DNA from: a bacterium
GTDB lineage: Bacteria; Zhuqueibacterota; Zhuqueibacteria; Zhuqueibacterales; Zhuqueibacteraceae
Direction of reading: 5' to 3'
Assembly (NCBI GenBank): GCA_044869275.1
Contig: JBIOXB010000190.1
Coordinates: 1-34,528, forward strand
DNA length: 34,528 nt
Shown here piece by piece: positions 1 to 8,470 of this stretch (position 1 is its first letter; every line of letters begins with the position of its first letter). The notes under the pieces were generated by a model, which searched no databases, was not told the origin of the DNA, and saw only the letters and a list, made by a program, of their open reading frames with translations. Made by a program: the position numbers and the translations under genes.

Positions 1-97
1 GATTCCAACGCCGGCTGAGCTTGTCGAAGCCGGCTTTTTGAACTTAGCACCCTTCGACAAGCTCAGGGTGCGGCATTCCCAAGTATTCACACAGGCT
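1..97 (+). mobile_element. MITE family A, copy 1 (5'-truncated by window edge), carrying a GCTGAGCTTGTCGAAG / CTTCGACAAGCTCAG inverted repeat
   Basis: Nearly identical to 4926-5021; ends in TTCACACAGGCT like the other copies. Confidence 0.85.
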
Positions 98-576
98 GGG
101 ATCTCCCATGTGCAAACGCTCGGTAAGCTGCTGTGAGGTTTTAACCAGGATGTCCATGGGCAAGGGATGCGGGACACTCAGCGCAAAAAATCATTGCAAT
201 AATATGCCTTTAATGGCATACTACGCGTGCTTGGGAAATAATTTGCGGATTTGATGGTATGGGCGCCAAGCGCAACCGGAAAACCGCGTCGTGAAGAAGA
301 AAGCTCTGTAGTTTTTACCATGCAAATGCAGTGTCACGTGTCGCAATCGTAATGCAGAGGAACGGGCATAGCTAAAGTAAAAGAAGGTTTGCAGGCGTTC
401 TGGTTGCGCGAGAACATCGATTTGGTTACATTTCTAGTCGATCAAATCGATTTTAGAGCATAGTGCTGAAGTGGCGCATTTATGGAACAACGCACTGGTT
501 TCTGCACCTCAGCTTTTCGCACATGCTCAGTGCGTCTCCGTCATTTGCCGCACGAACAAAGCGCAACGAGTCACAT

Positions 577-734
577 ATGATGAGTAAAAAAAAATCTGAC
601 CACCGACGAGGCAATCCCCTGCCCTCCTTTCTCAAACCCCTTTTTGGGGTTTGATTCTGCAGGTACCCAATAAAACGGTCAATTCTTGGCTGCGATCCAC
701 GCGCAACGAGCCATGGAGTAGGAGATTGACATGA
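577..734 (+). pseudogene. Internally deleted, frameshifted DUF6922-like antitoxin remnant
   Basis: N-part ...LPSFLKPLF joins, through the T5 run at 641-645 (one T short), a second frame FWGLILQVPNKTVNSWLRSTRNEPWSRRLT* whose TGA overlaps the next ATG (ATGA). Both halves resemble the termini of the small antitoxins that precede AbiEii genes. Confidence 0.5.
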
Positions 735-952
735 AGCTTCATTCTGAAATACTCTCTACTGCTCAAAGGAAGGTCCTGGCTCAACTTGGCCCGCCTATGC
801 ACAGGCGCGGTTTCTATCTTGTCTATTTCGACGACGCCGAGCGTGAGCCAATGCCGAAAAAGCTTTGGAATGTCAATTGGCGCCGGATCAGAGAAGAAAT
901 CCAAAACCAGGTGAAGACAATCGCAAAACGAAAAAGAAATACCTTGACCTGA
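731..952 (+). pseudogene. Internally deleted AbiEii-family nucleotidyltransferase toxin remnant (73 aa)
   Basis: MKLHSEILSTAQRKVL...GFYL is the usual AbiEii N-terminus, normally continuing xGGTAL...HRxSxDxD. Here it is fused directly to a typical C-terminus LVYFDDAEREPMP...W. SD AGGAG upstream. Confidence 0.6.
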
Positions 953-1036
953 GAACGAGAAATATTTAAACTACAATCGGTTTGCCACGCGATACCTCCC
1001 GCTACTCACGAATGGCTGAACGCTACGGACACAACA

Positions 1037-1714
1037 ATGAAAAACCGAAATCAGCTCCTGTTTGCGGCTCTTATGCTCATGACCACGGTCTCCCTCAGCC
1101 AGCAAAAAGCAACCCGGGTGATTTTCTTCGGTGATTCCATCACGCAGATGGGCGTGCAGCCCGGCGGCTATATCACGAAAATAAAAGAGGGGCTCGACCA
1201 GAAAGGCGCGGGCAGCGAATATGAGCTGATTGGCGCCGGCATCAGCGGCAACAAGGTCTATGATTTATATTTGAGGATCGAAGAAGATGTGTTGAGCAAG
1301 AACCCCGATATCGTGGTGATTTACGTCGGTGTGAATGACGTGTGGCACAAGGCTTCGAGCGGCACCGGCACGGATGCCGACAAGTTTGAAAATTTTTATG
1401 CCGCCATCATCAAAAAACTGCAGGCGAAAAATATCAAGATCATTATGTGCACACCGGCCGCCATTGGCGAGCGCACGGATTTTTCCAATCAACAGGATGG
1501 GGACTTGAACTTCTATGCCCAGATCATCCGCAACCTGGCGGCCAAATACAACTGCACGCTTTGCGATCTGCGCAAAGCCTTTTTGGAGTATAACCTCAAA
1601 AACAATCCTGCAAATCAAGCGTCCGGTATCCTGACGACCGACAAGGTGCATCTGAATGATAAGGGAAATCAGTTGGTAGCAGATCTTTTATCAGCGGAAT
1701 TGCACCACCAGTAG
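1037..1714 (+). CDS. Secreted SGNH/GDSL hydrolase
   Basis: Blocks FFGDSIT, AGISGN, GVND, DKVH; N-terminal signal-like peptide. Confidence 0.93.
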   Translation: MKNRNQLLFAALMLMTTVSLSQQKATRVIFFGDSITQMGVQPGGYITKIKEGLDQKGAGSEYELIGAGISGNKVYDLYLRIEEDVLSKNPDIVVIYVGVNDVWHKASSGTGTDADKFENFYAAIIKKLQAKNIKIIMCTPAAIGERTDFSNQQDGDLNFYAQIIRNLAAKYNCTLCDLRKAFLEYNLKNNPANQASGILTTDKVHLNDKGNQLVADLLSAELHHQ

Positions 1715-1747
1715 AAAATTTCCGAGCCCTTCTTTTTCCTCCGCATA

Positions 1748-2350
1748 ATGGCAAGTTCTTCCGCCCATACTCCTGATACCGAATTGACCGCGGCGATAAA
1801 AGCTTCGGATCACACGGCTTTCAAAGTACTTTATTACCGCTATTTCGAAGCTTTGTTTCGTTTCCTATGGCGCCAGACTGGCGCAGAAGAACTTTCCAAG
1901 GACCTGCTGCAGGAAGCATTCGGCCGCGTGTGGAAAAGCCGCATGCAGCTCGATCCGCAGCAATCGATCAAGTCATATCTTTATCGCATCAGCTACAATC
2001 TCGTGATCGATCACCGCCGCAAAAACAAGCTGCCCTTGGACTCTCTCGACGGCCATCCTGAAATCGCGCCGGCTTACGCCCCTGATGAGCAATTCGATCT
2101 TCATGACAAAATTCAACAGGCGATCCAAAACCTGCCGGAGCCGGTGCGCCTCGTCTTCACCATGAATCGTTTCGAGGGCCTCAAATACCTGGAAATCGCC
2201 GCGGCATTGAATATTTCCGTGAAAACCGTCGAGGCGAGAATGAGCAAGGCCCTGGCACTGCTGCGCGAGAAATTGGCGCCTTTTCTGATGATCCTATTGC
2301 TTTGCGCCTCTTACACCTTACACTTTACACGTGTAAAGTGTAACGTGTAA
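1748..2350 (+). CDS. ECF RNA polymerase sigma-70 factor (FecI-like)
   Basis: Region 2 (DLLQEAFGRVW, SYLYRISYNLVID) and region 4 (GLKYLEIAAALNISVKTVEARMSKAL); FecR downstream. Confidence 0.93.
   Translation: MASSSAHTPDTELTAAIKASDHTAFKVLYYRYFEALFRFLWRQTGAEELSKDLLQEAFGRVWKSRMQLDPQQSIKSYLYRISYNLVIDHRRKNKLPLDSLDGHPEIAPAYAPDEQFDLHDKIQQAIQNLPEPVRLVFTMNRFEGLKYLEIAAALNISVKTVEARMSKALALLREKLAPFLMILLLCASYTLHFTRVKCNV
2311..2350. repeat. Heptamer (TTACACN) tandem-repeat palindrome, 40 bp
   Basis: TTACACC TTACACT TTACAC|GTGTAA AGTGTAA CGTGTAA; supplies the stop codon of the sigma gene. Confidence 0.9.
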
Positions 2351-2555
2351 AAATTCAGAAGCCTTTTCGCATCATTCCCGAAAATTCTAATGAATCCTGA
2401 TAGGGTTTTTGCAGCCATGCACGTATTAAATCACAGAGCGCGCGACGGCTCGGCAGCTTTCGAATCCTAGGTCGGAAGTTACGAGGCAAATCGTGACGTG
2501 TGAATCTCAAAAAAAAGCGTGATGCTGTGGAAATCAACTGTCAGGAGTCTTTCGC

Positions 2556-3548
2556 ATGAAGCAGTGTATTTTAACCTCCAGCCTGGCAATGCTCGCTGCC
2601 GCGGGCATGATGCTCGCCGGCTGCAACTCGGTGAATGGGCCCGATGCTGTTGCCGACGATTCGTCCGGCATTGCCGAGAGTTTTGATGTCACCGCGTTGG
2701 ACAGCCAGACAAGTCTGCTCAGCTCCGCCGGCGTGAATTTGGATAGCGCCAACGCGTTCTTCGTTTTGCGTTGGAGCGAGGGCCTGGGACACTTTCAAAC
2801 CGGCGATGAAGTGCGCGGGCACGCCTCAGCGGTGGTATATGCGGATCCTGCGACCTTGCGCGATCGCGAGGCCTTGGGTCTGGACATGGGCGACGTAGCT
2901 GTTTGGAGTGGCGCTCATCAATTCAGCCTTCCCAAGCTGGTGAATACTTTGTTCGGCGTGCGCTATGGCATGTTCGGCTGTAGAAAAGATCCGCATGGCG
3001 GACCCGGTGGTCACGGCGGCCCGGGCGGCGGTTTCGGCGGCCCGCGAGGTGGACATGCCGGTCCCCGCGACAGCTTGCTGACCTTCGTCAATGTCCGCTT
3101 CATTGGCGGCGGCACGTATCAATTCAACGTCACCGGCTCGGACCAAGTCGCGGCCATGACGCTGGATATTCAAGCGCCGGTGCAGTTAGTGCAGATCACC
3201 GGATTTGCGGACAAGGACTCTATTGACGCCACGCAAGATCTCACGATTTCATGGGCAGGTGATCCGGCCGCCAATAATATGGTATTGGTGCTCGCGCCCG
3301 CTTTCAAGCGAGATCGTTTCGGCGGCCCGGGACAAGGTGTGGCCCCGGTATTTCAACGCGTGGAGGCCGCGGCCGGCAGCTATACGATCCCGGCGCAGGC
3401 TCTGCAAAACCTATTGAGCGCCTCGAGCGCGACCGCAATCACGGTGCATTTATCTCAAGCCGTGGTGCGTGAAATCAGCGACGCCAGCCTCGGCAAAATC
3501 CTAGTGAGCGCCGGCACCGATGACAAAGTATTGTTGCAAGCGAAGTAG
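2556..3548 (+). CDS. Hypothetical lipoprotein with a Gly/Pro/His-rich insert
   Basis: SD AGGAG, lipobox LAGC, low-complexity HGGPGGHGGPGGGFGGPRGGH; no family recognised. Confidence 0.8.
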   Translation: MKQCILTSSLAMLAAAGMMLAGCNSVNGPDAVADDSSGIAESFDVTALDSQTSLLSSAGVNLDSANAFFVLRWSEGLGHFQTGDEVRGHASAVVYADPATLRDREALGLDMGDVAVWSGAHQFSLPKLVNTLFGVRYGMFGCRKDPHGGPGGHGGPGGGFGGPRGGHAGPRDSLLTFVNVRFIGGGTYQFNVTGSDQVAAMTLDIQAPVQLVQITGFADKDSIDATQDLTISWAGDPAANNMVLVLAPAFKRDRFGGPGQGVAPVFQRVEAAAGSYTIPAQALQNLLSASSATAITVHLSQAVVREISDASLGKILVSAGTDDKVLLQAK

Positions 3549-3575
3549 CGGTGCAGTGTTCGTTTGAAATGGGCG

Positions 3576-3607
3576 TAGCGCAGTCCCGGTTTTTCGGGGC
3601 TGCGCTA
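3576..3607. terminator. GC-rich hairpin after the lipoprotein gene (terminator- or GTAG-REP-like)
   Basis: TAGCGCAGTCCCG-loop-CGGGGCTGCGCTA; no U-tract, and a MITE is inserted at its 3' foot. Confidence 0.4.
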
Positions 3608-3608
3608 A

Positions 3609-3709
3609 TACTACAACGTTGAGCCAACGCCACCACCAAGCATGTCATCCCGAAGCTTCGGGATGACATGCTGGTTTTGGTGCAAAAATGTGAACTTAAC
3701 GATGTAGTA
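3609..3709. mobile_element. MITE family B (101 bp), CTAA target duplication, with a central perfect 34-bp palindrome
   Basis: TIRs TACTACAACGTTGAG / CTTAACGATGTAGTA (13/15); CTAA at 3605-3608 and 3710-3713; AGCATGTCATCCCGAAGCTTCGGGATGACATGCT at 3639-3672. Confidence 0.8.
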
Positions 3710-3809
3710 CTAAGCGCTCTGTCGCCAGCGGATGCGCCCTGCCATACCCTCAAAATTTTCTTAACAAGGAATCAGCATAGGCATTGGTTACTATTCTCGA
3801 TTTGACATC

Positions 3810-4826
3810 ATGAATCATATTGATCCGAACGAATTGCTCTCGCGCTTTTTTTCCGGCGAAGCGACGGCAGAGGAACGGGCCGAAGTCGATGCGTGGCGGC
3901 AAGCTTCTGCGGAAAATCAGAGCGCCTTTGCCGCATTCGAGAAAATCTGGAAAAACGCTGCGGAGCAATTGCCGCAAATTCCCAGCGTCGATCAGGCCTG
4001 GCAGGAATTGGCGGCACAACTCGGCCTGCCAGCCGAGGGGCGAGCGGCCAAAATAGCGGCGCTGCAAAAGCCGCCGCAACCAATGGTGCGCAAAGCTTTT
4101 TGGAGCGACCGCTATGTTTGGGCGGCTGCCGCCATCATTCTCTTGGCATTCGCCACGATGCTTTATCAGTATTTGTTCAATGCCAACCCCTTGCAAAAAG
4201 TCCTCGCGGCATATGGCCAGCGTGAAAACATTGAATTGCCGGATGGTTCTTTCGTGCAATTAAACAGCGGCAGCGAAATCCAATTCCAAAAAAACTTTTC
4301 AGATTCTGTGCGTTTGGTTACGCTCGCCGGCGAGGGCTATTTTGAGATCAAGCACGAGCAGCGGCCGTTCGTCGTGCATAGCGGCAATGCACAGATCACC
4401 GTTTTGGGAACGAAGTTCGGCGTCTGGTCGAGAAACGAGCAAACACGCGTGGCCGTGCGCGAGGGCCGGGTAGCATTCGGCGCATGGCAAGCGCCGCAAA
4501 TAGCGGCTGTCGTTTTGACCGCAAATCAAACCAGCTCTTGTGGGAAAGACGGCGTGCCAGAGGCGCCCAAAATGATCGATGCCGGCCACTTGTTAGGATG
4601 GCTGGAAGGGAAAATCGTTTTCGATCAAACTTCTCTTGCGGAGGTCATTGCCGAATTGCAGCGTGTTTATAACGTCAGTATCGCGATGTCGAATCCCGCC
4701 CTGGGCTCTCATACCATCACCGGCTCGTTTCAGCACAAACCGGTCGAATCCGTGCTGTCCTCCATTTGTCTGACATTGAATTTGCACTATGCGAAAGAGG
4801 GAGAAAGATGGGTCATTTCGGAGTAA
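3810..4826 (+). CDS. fecR: FecR-family anti-sigma factor
   Basis: N-terminal LLSRFFSGEATAEERAEVDAW, single TM (WAAAAIILLAF), LPDGSFVQLNSGS, LAGEGYFEI, VLGTKF, C-terminal GW..GKIVF...L.EV..ELQR.Y. Confidence 0.93.
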   Translation: MNHIDPNELLSRFFSGEATAEERAEVDAWRQASAENQSAFAAFEKIWKNAAEQLPQIPSVDQAWQELAAQLGLPAEGRAAKIAALQKPPQPMVRKAFWSDRYVWAAAAIILLAFATMLYQYLFNANPLQKVLAAYGQRENIELPDGSFVQLNSGSEIQFQKNFSDSVRLVTLAGEGYFEIKHEQRPFVVHSGNAQITVLGTKFGVWSRNEQTRVAVREGRVAFGAWQAPQIAAVVLTANQTSSCGKDGVPEAPKMIDAGHLLGWLEGKIVFDQTSLAEVIAELQRVYNVSIAMSNPALGSHTITGSFQHKPVESVLSSICLTLNLHYAKEGERWVISE

Positions 4827-4905
4827 GGGCACCCAAACGCTTTATTGGTAGTGCACTCTCACCATAATTCTTGTAACCCCCTAACTATATCATTCAGAAG
4901 GAATC

Positions 4906-5021
4906 AGACTGTGTAAATACACTTGATTCCAACGCCGGCTGAGCTTGTCGAAGCCGGCTTTTTGAACTTAGCACCCTTTGACAAGCTCCGGGTGCGGCAT
5001 CCCCAAGTTTTCACACAGGCT
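4906..5021 (+). mobile_element. MITE family A, copy 2 (116 bp)
   Basis: Imperfect TIRs AGACTGTGTAAA / TTTCACACAGGCT; flanked by GAATC at 4901-4905 and 5022-5026. Confidence 0.88.
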
Positions 5022-5057
5022 GAATCTTGTGCAGCATAATCACAATGCTTGCGATAA

Positions 5058-5441
5058 TCATTCCGTGACTTGCATCTTGATCCACTCTGCCGGGCCCTTA
5101 ACTTGGCGCTGGTTGTTTTGGTATTTGACTTCGACCAAGAGTCCCTTCCGAATATCCTTGAAACCGCCCTTTTGACTGGTTGCTTTCAGCTTGCTTTTAT
5201 CCAGCCAGATTTGGGTTTGTTCCGTGATTTTCACCTCATAGCTTCCGCGAGAATCGGCGACGGTGATGGTCCGATTGGCTGTGTCGATGGCCGTGATTTT
5301 TCCGATGCTGGTGTATTTCCCCGATAAGCCCGGGGATTGCCCGACCGGGATAAAGATTTCCGTCGCTTTTTGTGCATAAACACATGGCAGACCGCCGAGC
5401 AAGGTGAGGGCGGCAACAGCCATTCTCAAATGCTTCAACAT
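5058..5441 (-). CDS. Small secreted hypothetical protein (beta-rich, OB/DUF5666-like)
   Basis: SD GGAGG; signal peptide ending VYA; GKITAIDTANRTITV...VKITEQTQI...DIRKGLLVEVKY pattern. Confidence 0.8.
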   Translation of the reverse strand: MLKHLRMAVAALTLLGGLPCVYAQKATEIFIPVGQSPGLSGKYTSIGKITAIDTANRTITVADSRGSYEVKITEQTQIWLDKSKLKATSQKGGFKDIRKGLLVEVKYQNNQRQVKGPAEWIKMQVTE

Positions 5442-5500
5442 GTCACAACCTCCATTCTTTTATCTCGACTCAACAGTTTGCAACCCAAAGGCTCGAAGCG

Positions 5501-5599
5501 CAAAATCCAAAGCACAAAGCACAAAATCCAAAAATCAAAGCGTCGCGAAATCTGCGGGGGTTTTGGATTTTGGATTTTGAATTTTGAATTCTGGATTTG
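5501..5599. repeat. Heptamer repeat with inverted arms (CAAAATC/AAAGCAC vs TTTGGAT/TTTGAAT)
   Basis: Period-7 tandem units on both sides of a short spacer, arms roughly complementary. Confidence 0.8.
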
Positions 5600-5613
5600 A
5601 TCTCTGGCTGCAA

Positions 5614-6957
5614 TCACTCGACCAGCTGGGCCCGCGCCTGCTCTTGCTCGCGGATGGCCTGTCGTGCGAGCTTGCGTCTGAATACCACACCACTGATAGC
5701 ATTGTCCGTGAGCCGGCGCGCCCTTTTCAGATGCGCAACGGCCTCCGGATGCAAATGAGCGCCGGCCAACACCTCGATGCTATCATCAATTTCCTGCCGC
5801 GCGCGTTCCAGCAACAGTTTGGATTCTTTCCATTGAAAGAAACCGCTCTGGATGCTTGACTCTGAGAACGCATTACTTTCCCGAATATTCTCCAAGGCAT
5901 TGAGAACCCTGAGGAACGCTGCCACTGCCACGATTTGAGTGCCATCCAGCTCGATCCCCACACCGTTGGGATCTGTACTTGCCAGAAAACGGCCGGAAGG
6001 CGAATTGTTAAACGCTTCGCCATCATAAAATCCCACGGCTCCCTCGATGGTTTCGATGGCATTGTTGTGAAAGAAAGGCCCGGAATCGGCCGCTTCCACC
6101 AAAGGCGGCACATTGAATGTGCTGTCACCCGGTATGCCGAATCCATCATCCGGCGGAACCAGCTCACCCGTTAAATCGGCCGGCTGGTCGGGAAGATCCT
6201 CAACGCCCGTATTAAAACTGGCATTGCCCAGGTTCTGTCCGCCCACATTCGCATTCGCGCCGGCATTCGTGTGGCAGATGCTGCACTTTCCCAGGGTATT
6301 GTCGAGAAAAATTTCCTGTCCGCGCTTGGGCACAGTGCCCTTCAAAGGCAATGGCAAAGACAAATCCTGCTGGCGCCCCAACGAAAGCTGAAATGCTTCC
6401 AGGGCGTCCAATTCCTCCTCGGTGGGAAGCCGAAAATCGACATCGGGAATGCGACTCAAAGTCTTGGTGAAGTGCTGAATAACGGCGCCGATGGCAAAGG
6501 AACGCAGCGATCCGTCGCCGGGCGCGCCGTCACCTGACCATCCCGTGCGGGGGCCGTCCGGGCTAGTGATGGAGGTCGGAAGCGCCAGGGTATGTGGCAC
6601 CCCGCGCATGACGAATTTGTTTGGCAAGTCGTCAAAACCATCCAGGTTTTCCATAATCAATCCAAACTCTCGCATCAGCCGGGGATTTTCAAAATTTTCT
6701 TTCAAGGCTGGATTGAATTCCGCGACAAAAAGCGGATCATCCTGCGGCAGAGTGGCGATAAACGCGGGGTCGATGGTGAAGTTATTTTCTTCCGGATGGC
6801 AGGTTCCGCAAGTTCTGCCGTTGCCGTTGAATGTTTCGTTGAAGAAGATCTTTTTCCCTTTGGCAATGAGGGCCTCCGGCGAACCGGGAGGCGGTGTTGA
6901 TGATTGGCAGGCAGACAGCGTTAGCAGAATGAGCAGGACGGGTATGAAGTTTCTCAT
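5614..6957 (-). CDS. Di-heme cytochrome c lipoprotein of the bCcP/MauG superfamily
   Basis: Two CxxCH motifs (CGTCH, CSICH), FNVPPL...GPFFHN motif, lipobox LSAC. Start placed at ATG 6957 behind AAGGAG (ORF track begins at 6978). Confidence 0.85.
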   Translation of the reverse strand: MRNFIPVLLILLTLSACQSSTPPPGSPEALIAKGKKIFFNETFNGNGRTCGTCHPEENNFTIDPAFIATLPQDDPLFVAEFNPALKENFENPRLMREFGLIMENLDGFDDLPNKFVMRGVPHTLALPTSITSPDGPRTGWSGDGAPGDGSLRSFAIGAVIQHFTKTLSRIPDVDFRLPTEEELDALEAFQLSLGRQQDLSLPLPLKGTVPKRGQEIFLDNTLGKCSICHTNAGANANVGGQNLGNASFNTGVEDLPDQPADLTGELVPPDDGFGIPGDSTFNVPPLVEAADSGPFFHNNAIETIEGAVGFYDGEAFNNSPSGRFLASTDPNGVGIELDGTQIVAVAAFLRVLNALENIRESNAFSESSIQSGFFQWKESKLLLERARQEIDDSIEVLAGAHLHPEAVAHLKRARRLTDNAISGVVFRRKLARQAIREQEQARAQLVE

Positions 6958-7045
6958 GCACATCTCCTTTCCAGCCATGTCTTCATGGTGAAAGCCGGCA
7001 TATTTTCGGCGAAAACTCCGCTTTGTTTCTGTTCTCCCTGTTTTG

Positions 7046-7073
7046 ACTATAGCACGAAAAACGAATAATGCAA
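7046..7073 (-). promoter_or_regulatory. Putative sigma70 promoter of the di-heme gene
   Basis: TTGCAT-16 nt-TATAGT with TGn before the -10, on the minus strand. Confidence 0.35.
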
Positions 7074-7182
7074 CTACAAAAAAACGTGGCTTTCCGCGCG
7101 AAAAGTCTTATTATTGTAGCGAATTGTCAGTTCAGTGGGGAGTATGTTGCCCACCAATCAACTTCCTGACCATCTACGCAGT

Positions 7183-7299
7183 ATGAAGCAAGTACGGGTT
7201 CTAAAAATTGTTGTTGCCTCGCCCAGCGATGTGCAACCCGAGCGCGATGCCATTCCAGCGATTGCCGACGAGCTGAACAAGGGCATCGCCAGCAAGTGA
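7183..7299 (+). pseudogene. N-terminal fragment of a DUF4062 (TIR-like) domain protein
   Basis: MKQVRVLKIVVASPSDVQPERDAIPAIADELNKGIASK* matches the hhhASPxDVxxER...N start of DUF4062; DLRW follows the stop in frame. Confidence 0.65.
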
Positions 7300-7560
7300 G
7301 ATTTGCGTTGGAGCGGTGCACAAAATCACAAATGAACACAGTGATGATGCTTTGTTGCTTGGTTTACAGGATAGTTATCGGAGTGTAAGATAGAACGCAG
7401 CTGATGCGGCTCTGATCAATGATAGTCCTGGCTCATCGGTTCTTTTTTTAAAATAGCAAAATGGATTGACTTGCTTGATCGTGGGTCATCTGCAATTTCG
7501 CCCTTGGTTTGACGATTCGTACCAACGGGGCATTAGTTTCTTTATCGACAAAGATTTTTA

Positions 7561-7611
7561 CCGCGAATAAACGCGAATAGACGCTAATTCTTAATTCGCT
7601 TCTATTCGCGG
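7561..7611. repeat. Decamer (ACGCGAATAR) tandem repeat with an inverted arm
   Basis: CCGCGAATAA ACGCGAATAG ACGCTAAT ... ATTCGCTTCT ATTCGCGG. Confidence 0.7.
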
Positions 7612-7872
7612 AAAAAGCCTGCTTGGTTGCGGCTTGTTCACGTTGGAAGCTTGATTTCCCCTTTGGCTTGACGATATGCCCGAAGAGGCATCGTGCAAAA
7701 GCGGATCCCAACTATTTAAGGCGTCTGGCAAATCAGTTGAGATGCCGAGAGCCACAACTGAGGCCTTGTCATTAAAAAAAGCCCCAAAGGGTTTGATGAA
7801 GGAGCGAAGGCAACAGCTTGGATCATAAATCAATTAGAGCACCAGAGAGCTCTGAAGAATTGGTTACCGAAA

Positions 7873-7963
7873 AGCCCCAAAGGGGCGCCATGTAACAGCC
7901 AAGGGCAACGCCCTGGAAAATAGATAGATCAAAATATCCTGGAGCCCCAACGGGGCGACATAG
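7873..7963 (+). repeat. REP cluster left of the Y1 transposase
   Basis: AGCCCCAAAGGGGCG...AGGGCAACGCCCTGGA...AGCCCCAACGGGGCGACATA; inverted copy at 8471-8560. Confidence 0.9.
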
Positions 7964-8008
7964 ATTTTTTCCTCAATCCAACCATTTCGTCAAGGGGAGG
8001 GGGTCACC

Positions 8009-8461
8009 ATGCCACAAAGCCTTGCGAGCATCCCAGTCCATTTTATTTGGAGCACGAAAGACCGGCAGCCATTCATCCGGCCGGAAATCGAAAAAGAATT
8101 GTTCAGCTATATGGCCGCCATCTTTCGCGAGTATGAATCTCCGGCGCTCACCATCAACGGGACCGAAAATCATGTGCATAGCCTCGCCATACTTTCGCGC
8201 AAGATTACCGTCGCCAAGCTCATCGAAGAAGTGAAAAAGAGCTCTTCGAAATGGATTAAAACCAAGGGCGAGTTCTATAGGGACTTCTATTGGCAAAGTG
8301 GTTATGCCGCATTGGGAATAGGGCAATCGAATATCGAGGCATTGAAGAGATACATCGCCAATCAGAAAGAACACCATCGTAGAAAAACATTTCAAGAGGA
8401 GTATATCGTGTTTTTAAAAAAATACAATATCGAATACGATGAACGATATGTTTGGGATTGA
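8009..8461 (+). mobile_element. tnpA: IS200-like Y1 HUH transposase, REP-associated (RAYT-like)
   Basis: VHFIWSTKDR, HUH motif NHVHSL, FYWQSGY, catalytic YIANQ; strong SD; no tnpB; flanked by inverted REP clusters. Confidence 0.92.
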
Positions 8462-8470
8462 CGAGATATT

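Noticed and set aside
320..375. Possible YgiT-type zinc-finger antitoxin remnant (MQCHV.. / CRNRNAEE)
   Set aside because: Needs an assumed frameshift and covers fewer than 15 residues; too weak to call
7448..7833. Minus-strand ORFs of 87 and 80 aa
   Set aside because: No recognisable motif or RBS; they run through a tandem repeat
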